A stretch of 64,000 bases of DNA, taken from positions 4,634,773-4,698,772 of the forward strand of contig MU059418.1 of the NCBI GenBank assembly GCA_013265495.1, written 5' to 3'. Made by a program: the position numbers and the translations under genes. This document shows, in pieces, positions 57,601 to 64,000 of this stretch. This DNA comes from Vicugna vicugna (taxonomy: Eukaryota). The stretch's first letter is position 1; the number at the start of each line of letters is the position of its first letter. The notes below the pieces were generated by a model. That model did not search any database. It had not been told where the DNA came from and worked only from the letters and a program-made list of their open reading frames with translations.

Positions 57601-60600
57601 CATGGACACCTAAAAGGTTTCTCCAACATAATTTGGCCAAAACTGAACTCTTGACTTTTTGCCCTCAGCAGGCTCCTACCCAGGCCTCCCCATCTCAGCA
57701 AATGGCAACTCCATCCACTCAAACCAAAAGCCTGGGAATTCATCTCAATTCCGCCCTCTCTGTGCGCCCACGCTCCCAATCTGAGCAAGGGCTGTGGGTG
57801 CTTCCTCCAAGTGCACTTGAATCATGCTCTCCCCGCCACCTCCCCTGCCGGGGCTGAGCCACCTTCGCCCCCTCCCCGAGGGCGTCCCAGCCTCCTTGCT
57901 GGCCTCCCTGCTTCTACCTGCCCCCTCAAATCCCCCTCCACGCAGCTGACAGAGGGATCTTTCAAAAATCATACATTGAATTGTATCACCACCCCACCCA
58001 CTCCTGCTTAACCTCTATGGAGACCTCACGGTGCCTTTAGGTCAAGTTCAAGGCTCTCCCCAGGGCCCAGGAGGCTCCAGACCTGGCTGCAGTCTCCAGC
58101 TTCATCTCCCACTGCTCCCCCAAGACCTGCTGTTCCACTCAGACCAATTCAAACCTCTTCTCACCTCCGGGCCTTTACCTAAATGCTCTTCCCTCTCGAA
58201 TGTTTGTAGGGCCACTCTTTTTATCCTTCAAACTTCAGCCAAAATTCATCTCCTTTGAGAAGCCCTCTCTGACCTGTAGTCAGTTCTCCCCCGCCCCCAT
58301 CTTCCTCATCTCGCCCCAGGCTCACTCCCATCCTAGCATGTAGCACATGCTCAATTAGTAAATTTGTTCTCTGGTTTATCCACCACCCCTCACACCAACC
58401 TGTGAACTTCCCAAAGGCAGGAGATGCGTGTGTTTTATCAGCCAGTGTCCACCCATCAGATGGTAAATATTTCATCAACTCCCTAGGACCCAGCCATATT
58501 GCCACACCTGGGCTCTGTGACCTTGGGGAAGTTTCTCACCCTCTCTGGGCCTTGAGTTTCCAGTGCCTGGCAGGTAGAGGGGCCTGGCTTGTGATGGACT
58601 CCTCGTTGCCCTGGCCTGAGGTGCAGGGGGGAGGCGAGTAGCCCAGGCTGGCCCAGTCACCTACTGTGTACTCTGCACCCACGTTTCCTCTTGTTGACAT
58701 AAACAGTGCTTCACAGTGTTTGCTGAGTTGGACTGAGTCAGACAGCCCTGCCCCAAGGCCCTGGAAACACAGATGCCAGAACCCCAGGAATGAGAAGACT
58801 GCAGGGGAGCTAGCTTAAGGCCCATGGAGCTCATTTAACTACTGGATGATTAAATATGTTTAATTATTGGGAGGGAGCTGTGGTATAAGTCAAGGACAGA
58901 CCACAAAAGGCGGCAAGAGGCCTGGTTCAAATTGGGGTTGTGGGGAGGAGACTCTCCCAGGGCCACCCATCTGGATGGGAGAGGTTTCAGCCAGGGACCA
59001 CGGCCCCAGGGAGCTGAGGCCTGGGCCAGCACAGGGACTGGGTTCCTTCCTGGCTACTGCTGGGATCCACATCTCCCTGAGACCCTCCCTGAGCAGTCAG
59101 GGGTTTGGGGAGAAGGTGAGGCCAGACTTAAGATGTGACCTGGGGCAGGGTAGCCGGCTCAGTGCTTGGCCTGGAAGCCTGAGTTAATGTGTTAGCCTCA
59201 GGCAGGGGCTGGGACAGGCCTGGCACTGTTCCGGTGGACCTGGGGAATCCAGGCCTGAGATTCCTGTCTCCACCAGCATGGGGCCTGTTCAGTGTCAAGC
59301 CGCAGTCAGGGTAGCACTGGGGCACAAGGATGACCCAGGCCCAAACTGCACCCCCCTGGAGCTCTTGGCCTGTGGTGGGGAAATGGGTGAGTGAAATGAG
59401 CATTCCTTGTGAGACGTGCAGATGGGGTCCGTGTAGCTTTGACCCAGGCTGGAGGGTCAGACAAGGGGCCAGAGAATGAATGGCCTTAACCAGGGAGGAA
59501 AAGCTGGGAGAAGTCCCTCCCAAGTGGAGCAAAGAGCAAAGGTGAGAGAGTGCCACTGGTGGCCAGCGACCAGAAATTCAGCCCTGGGGGAAGATGCAGA
59601 TAGGACTGGAGAGGCTGTCTGGCCCTGTGTGGCCTCCTGAATGGGCTTCAGCCTGAGGCTACAGGGGAGCCACTGAAGAACCAGAGTTGTGTCCTGGAAA
59701 GAAGAACTGGAGAGTGTCAGAGGATGAATCAGGGATGGGGACACCAGAGGTTGGGACACCATGAGGAGGCCAGGATGGTGTCTGGAGGTGCAGGCCCCAC
59801 CTGAGCATGGGCGAGGGGCAACAGAAGGGGTAGTTAGAGTGGTAGAGATAGAGGTGTGGGGGCACCGGGGGAAGGCTGGGGGTGCGGGCTTTCTGGCTGA
59901 CCTACCTGAGAGAGTGGAACAGCTATTCCTAAGCTGGGGACCCTGGGGGAGGGGTCAGTTTCAGGGAACAGAAGATGTGCTCTGCTTAAGATAAGCAGAA
60001 CATCCAGGAAACCAGAGTGGGGTTGGGAGAGTGTCCTGGGGAAAGGTCTGGAGGGTGACGGACAGATAGGTCCGGAGCTCTAGAAAGAAGCCAGGACATG
60101 GGAGGGGGCTGGGGGTGAGGCTGGGGGCGGGGTGTCCTTTCTCAGATCTTCTCCCTCTGGCTCTCTGGAGGCAGGGAGCAGGCTTGCTTATGGAATGTGA
60201 GGGAACGAACAGCCCTGAGGGCATCCCGAAGCCAAAGGGGGTCCAGAGTAGGGGACAAAGGCTCCAGCCTCCCTCCGCAGGGTGGGGGGCGTGCTGAAAC
60301 TTACTTGAGGTCTCGGAGGGATGGAGTTCCTGTTGCCTCCAGGGGTGACCTGCCTGGATAACACTCAGTACAGTGGCCTCTCTTCTTCCCGTCCCCTTCC
60401 TGCAGCTTCTAGGATCACCTCTCAAATGAGTCCTGGTCTCAGGCTCTGCTTCGGGAGAACACAACAAAGATAAAAGTCTAGTGGGAACCACCAGACTCTG
60501 GGCCCCTCCTGGGCCAACACTGGCTGTGCCCTCGGCCTCAAGCTCAGGCCCAGGGCCAAGGAGCCCCCCTCCTCATACCAGCCTCTGTCCCGCCCTAGAG

Positions 60601-62734
60601 GGGTTTGTGGATGTAGACAGGGTGGGCCAAGGTCATAGGAAAGGGGAAGAGCAGGGCCCCAGAACATCATGGAAGAGAACTGGGCATTTCCCCTGGGGGT
60701 CTCTCTCTTCCTCATCAGGTAGGGCCAGGAGCAAAATGAGTCACAAGATCCCTGGCAGAGGCACCTGAGGACTGGGGACCAGCCCAGAGTGGGTGGGGAG
60801 AAGCCAAGTGCGTGACCAGCTGCCCCTTGAGGACTTTGGTCCCCGGGAGCTCTGAGCTGTGGAGCTCTGTGACCAGGCCTTGCACTGGGCATCCAGACCA
60901 GTTAGGGAGCAGATTAGCCTCACAAGTCATCTATATCACTTTCTCTGGCCCCAGTCACATGAGCTCATTGTAGAAAACTTAAGAAATAAAGACAAGCACA
61001 AAAGAAAAAATTAGTAAGCTCATCTGTGAGTTTCCGCCCTTCCCCCATCCCCAGGACAACTGCTAGAAACCTGGTAGTGTTTATTCCTTTTATTTTTCCT
61101 ACTCCCACTTTAAAAAAAAAAACAGAAATGAGATTATACTGTTAATACGATAACATTTAAACTGACTAACATAGCAGGAACTATTTCCATGGCAGAATAT
61201 ATGGATCTACATTGTTCATTTTAAGTCTGCACCAAACTAGGGTCCTGGCTTCTGATTCCCCACCCAAAGGATGTGGACAAATGATGTAGGATACAGAGAA
61301 CACAGCGGGTAGAGGCCGGAGCTCAAAAGGACGGGGGCCGTGCTGGTCTTGCTTACTGCCCCATCTGTCCCCAACCCCACATGGGGCTGCCATGCAGGAG
61401 GCATGAATAGAGAGGATACAGAGGTGGTAGAGGGAAGGTCTCTGTGGAGGCTTCCAGGAGTGTGAGGTGGGCACGTGCGGTTTGGACAAGCCGAGAGGAG
61501 AAGGCGGTGATACTGCACAGGCAGATGTACGGCGGTGGGAAGGAGAAAGTGTACACTGGAGGCAGGACTGGGACAGGAGACAAAGTGTTCTGAGTGACCA
61601 GAGCAGACCCAAGGAGGCTCCAGGCCCAGCCTTTGGGCAGTCCCCCAGCCACTGCAGAGCCCTGTCCGGGTAATTCCTGAACAGGAACAGAAGGAGGAAG
61701 CTGTATAAGCGACACTCAGCTGGTGAGTGGGCGGCAGGGCTGGGTTTCATTTCCAGATGACTGAGTCCTGTAGTTGTTCGGCTCTGGTGCCCGCCCCCAC
61801 CCTTGCCCATCCCCTGATGCCTCTGCCCTTGACTCAGGCAGTGATGAACCCCAAAGCCCAGGGAGGCCGGGCAGGAGGCATCAAGGCCAAGAAACAGGGA
61901 AGTCCTGTTGCGTGGGAATGCCCTGGGAGAGCGACTCCATGTCTTCTTCTCTGCCAGACCAGACTGTGAACCCTGTAGGCCAGGGCTTCAGCTTCGACAT
62001 CCTCTCTGCCTGGCAAACTCCTTCCCATCCTTCAAGACCCAACCCAAATGCCCCTCACCTGGGAAGCTACACGAGAAATCCCCACAAGGTGACAGCACTC
62101 AACTGCTCTTAAAAATAAATAAAAATAATCACTATTTATTGGGCACTTGTGATGCCCAAGGCATTGTGCCAGATGCCTCAAAGCCCCAATACCTTATTGG
62201 ATCCTCTCAGCATCACCCAGGGGAGGTTCTTTCCATCACCAGCTTTCTTTCACCTTGCAGCACAGTGACGTTCAGCAAGATAACATGGGTCGCAGATGGT
62301 GGGGTTGAATCTTCTGGGCACAGAAGCTCACGGCTCTCTCCCTCTCCTACTCAGGGTGATTCAACATCTGTTTCCCCTTCTGGCTTGAGAGCCCCAACAG
62401 GCAGCGTCTGTGTCCCTGGACACCTGGCCCAGGGGAGGTGCTACTCTTGGATGAACCTTTGAACTTCTCAACCTGCTTTTACCATGACGACGACCTAGGC
62501 TGGAGTCTTGTACACAGTAGGCATTTGATAAATACTTGTGACATCAAGAACCCCTGATCCTAGTCCTGGCTGTCATAAACTTGCATATGACCTCGGGCAA
62601 ATCTCTTCCATTCCTTAGTCCTCAGTTTCCCAAGCTTTAGAGGGAAATGTTTTGAGAAAGCTCTCCTGGCTTCCTGCCTGTCCTAACACTCTGTCCTTTG
62701 CTCTAGATCATGACATGGTGCATAGCCCCAACCA

Positions 62735-63330
62735 GTTTCCCTCATTACTAACATCTTACATCAGTAATCACCTTTGTTACCACTAAAGAACCAGTATCAA
62801 CGTATTACTGGTAACTAATGTCCATATTGTATTCAGAGTTCCCCAGTTTCCCCCTCTTGCCCCTTTTCGGTTCCAGGAGCCCATCCAGGGTGCCACATTC
62901 CACTTAGTCATCAGGTCTCCTTGGGCTCTTGGCTGTGACAATTTCTCGGACTTTCCTTGTTCTTGATGACCTTGCCAGTTTCGAGGAGAACTGGTCAGCT
63001 ATTTTGTAGAATGTCTCTCTACTGGAATTCGTCTAATGTTTTTCTCCTGATTGTGCTGAGATTACGGGTTCTGGGGAGGAAGACCACAGAGATGAAGCGC
63101 TGTGCTCATGGCATCATACCGAGGGTGCATATTATTATCATGACTTTATCCTTGTTAATGCCGACCTTGACCACCTGGCCGAGGCAGTGCTCATCAGGTC
63201 TCTGCCAGGTAAAGTTGCCTTCCTGCCCACCCCCAATCCCCTTCCACACTGTCCTCTTTGGAAGGAAGAAAGTCACTGTGAGCAGCCCACATCTAAGGAG
63301 CAGGCAGTTATAAGCTCCTCCCTGAGGGCG
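62735..63330 (-). mobile_element. L1MC-like 3' fragment
   Basis: attactaacatcttacatcagt...gttccaggagcccatccagggtgccacattccacttagtcatc...ggggaggaagaccacagagatgaag. Confidence 0.75.
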
Positions 63331-64000
63331 GAGTGTAGGATTAGCATTTTTTCTTCCTTAGTATCTACTTTTCAAAGTACTCCCACAAAACATTGCTGCA
63401 TTCCATCTTCTCAAGAGGCCTGGGAAATGTGAGAGATGGAGACATTCCATGAGGTAGAAGCAGAGGCTTGGGGTGGTGGGGATCAGAGGTTGGGTGTGGC
63501 TCTGTGGATCCCACCTCTCCCTATTGGAAGGGAAATAGGCGAAGGCTGAGGCTCACAGAAGGTCTGGGCAGGACAGAACTGTAGAGCCTGAGTTCTAGAC
63601 TCAGGATAGCTTGCATTCTGCCTGGGTTAAAATTCAAAGTCTGGCCCACCCTCGCTGTGGCATGTTGCCTGGCTGAGCCTCAGTTTTCTTATCTGTACAA
63701 TGGGGATAATAATAGCTCCTACCTCACAGTGCAGTAAAGAACATACAAGTTGCTACACATGGAGCCCCACAACAGGACACTGGCCAGGAAGCTCCGCACA
63801 CGGTGTCTGTGAGCTGCTGCGACGAGGGTTATTTTTGCAAGCATTCTTTGAAGCCCTCCTGTTGCAGACTGTCTCCTCTCTGCTCAGCAGGTTTCTAACC
63901 CCCTCTGATCTGTGGGGTCACAGATCTGGCTGCAGATTTCCGCCCTGCCCTCTGCCCTCCTGCCCAGCCAGGCAGATCAAGGGCCCTGGATCCTTTTATC

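Noticed and set aside
59961-62462. GC-rich ORFs of 150-209 aa (59961-60491, 60422-60892, 61181-61810, 61908-62462)
   Set aside because: They overlap in conflicting frames and strands, are low-complexity Pro/Ser/Gly-rich, and show no homology; typical chance ORFs in GC-rich intergenic DNA.
49800-64000. SRC exons or promoter (and RPN2 at the left edge), expected by synteny
   Set aside because: No second CpG island and no SRC- or RPN2-like coding sequence seen; both genes probably lie outside the window.
1-64000. CRISPR arrays, rRNA genes or prokaryotic systems
   Set aside because: The DNA is mammalian, with spliced genes and SINE/LINE repeats; no regularly spaced repeat-spacer array or rRNA-like sequence was seen.

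Overview
Mammalian genomic DNA, most likely a camelid (Vic-1-type tRNA-derived SINEs are present; no ruminant Bov-A/BovB or pig PRE-1 elements were recognised). The draft assembly has 8 N-gaps, all in or next to L1 elements. The window holds two genes in the order known from human 20q11.23 (RPN2-GHRH-MANBAL-SRC). GHRH is complete on the minus strand (5 exons, ~8810 to ~660). MANBAL is complete on the plus strand (CpG-island exon 1 near 25990, coding exons 33437-33586 and 48827-48934, 85 aa). The rest is intronic or intergenic DNA rich in MIR, L2, L1, MaLR and MER repeats. Main hunt result: about 1.5 kb of GHRH intron 1 (~7010-8470, minus strand) reads, across frameshifts and stops, as a decayed Mononegavirales L-polymerase gene with colinear matches to Borna disease virus L. 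It is therefore a candidate endogenous bornavirus-like L element (EBLL) that lacks the catalytic core. Also notable: a 1-nt deletion frameshifting GHRH exon 4, clustered substitutions in the GHRH(1-29) core, and a 25-nt tailless U6 retrocopy with a target-site duplication. Protein and repeat comparisons were made by eye against remembered sequences; no database search was run, and repeat subfamily names and boundaries are approximate.
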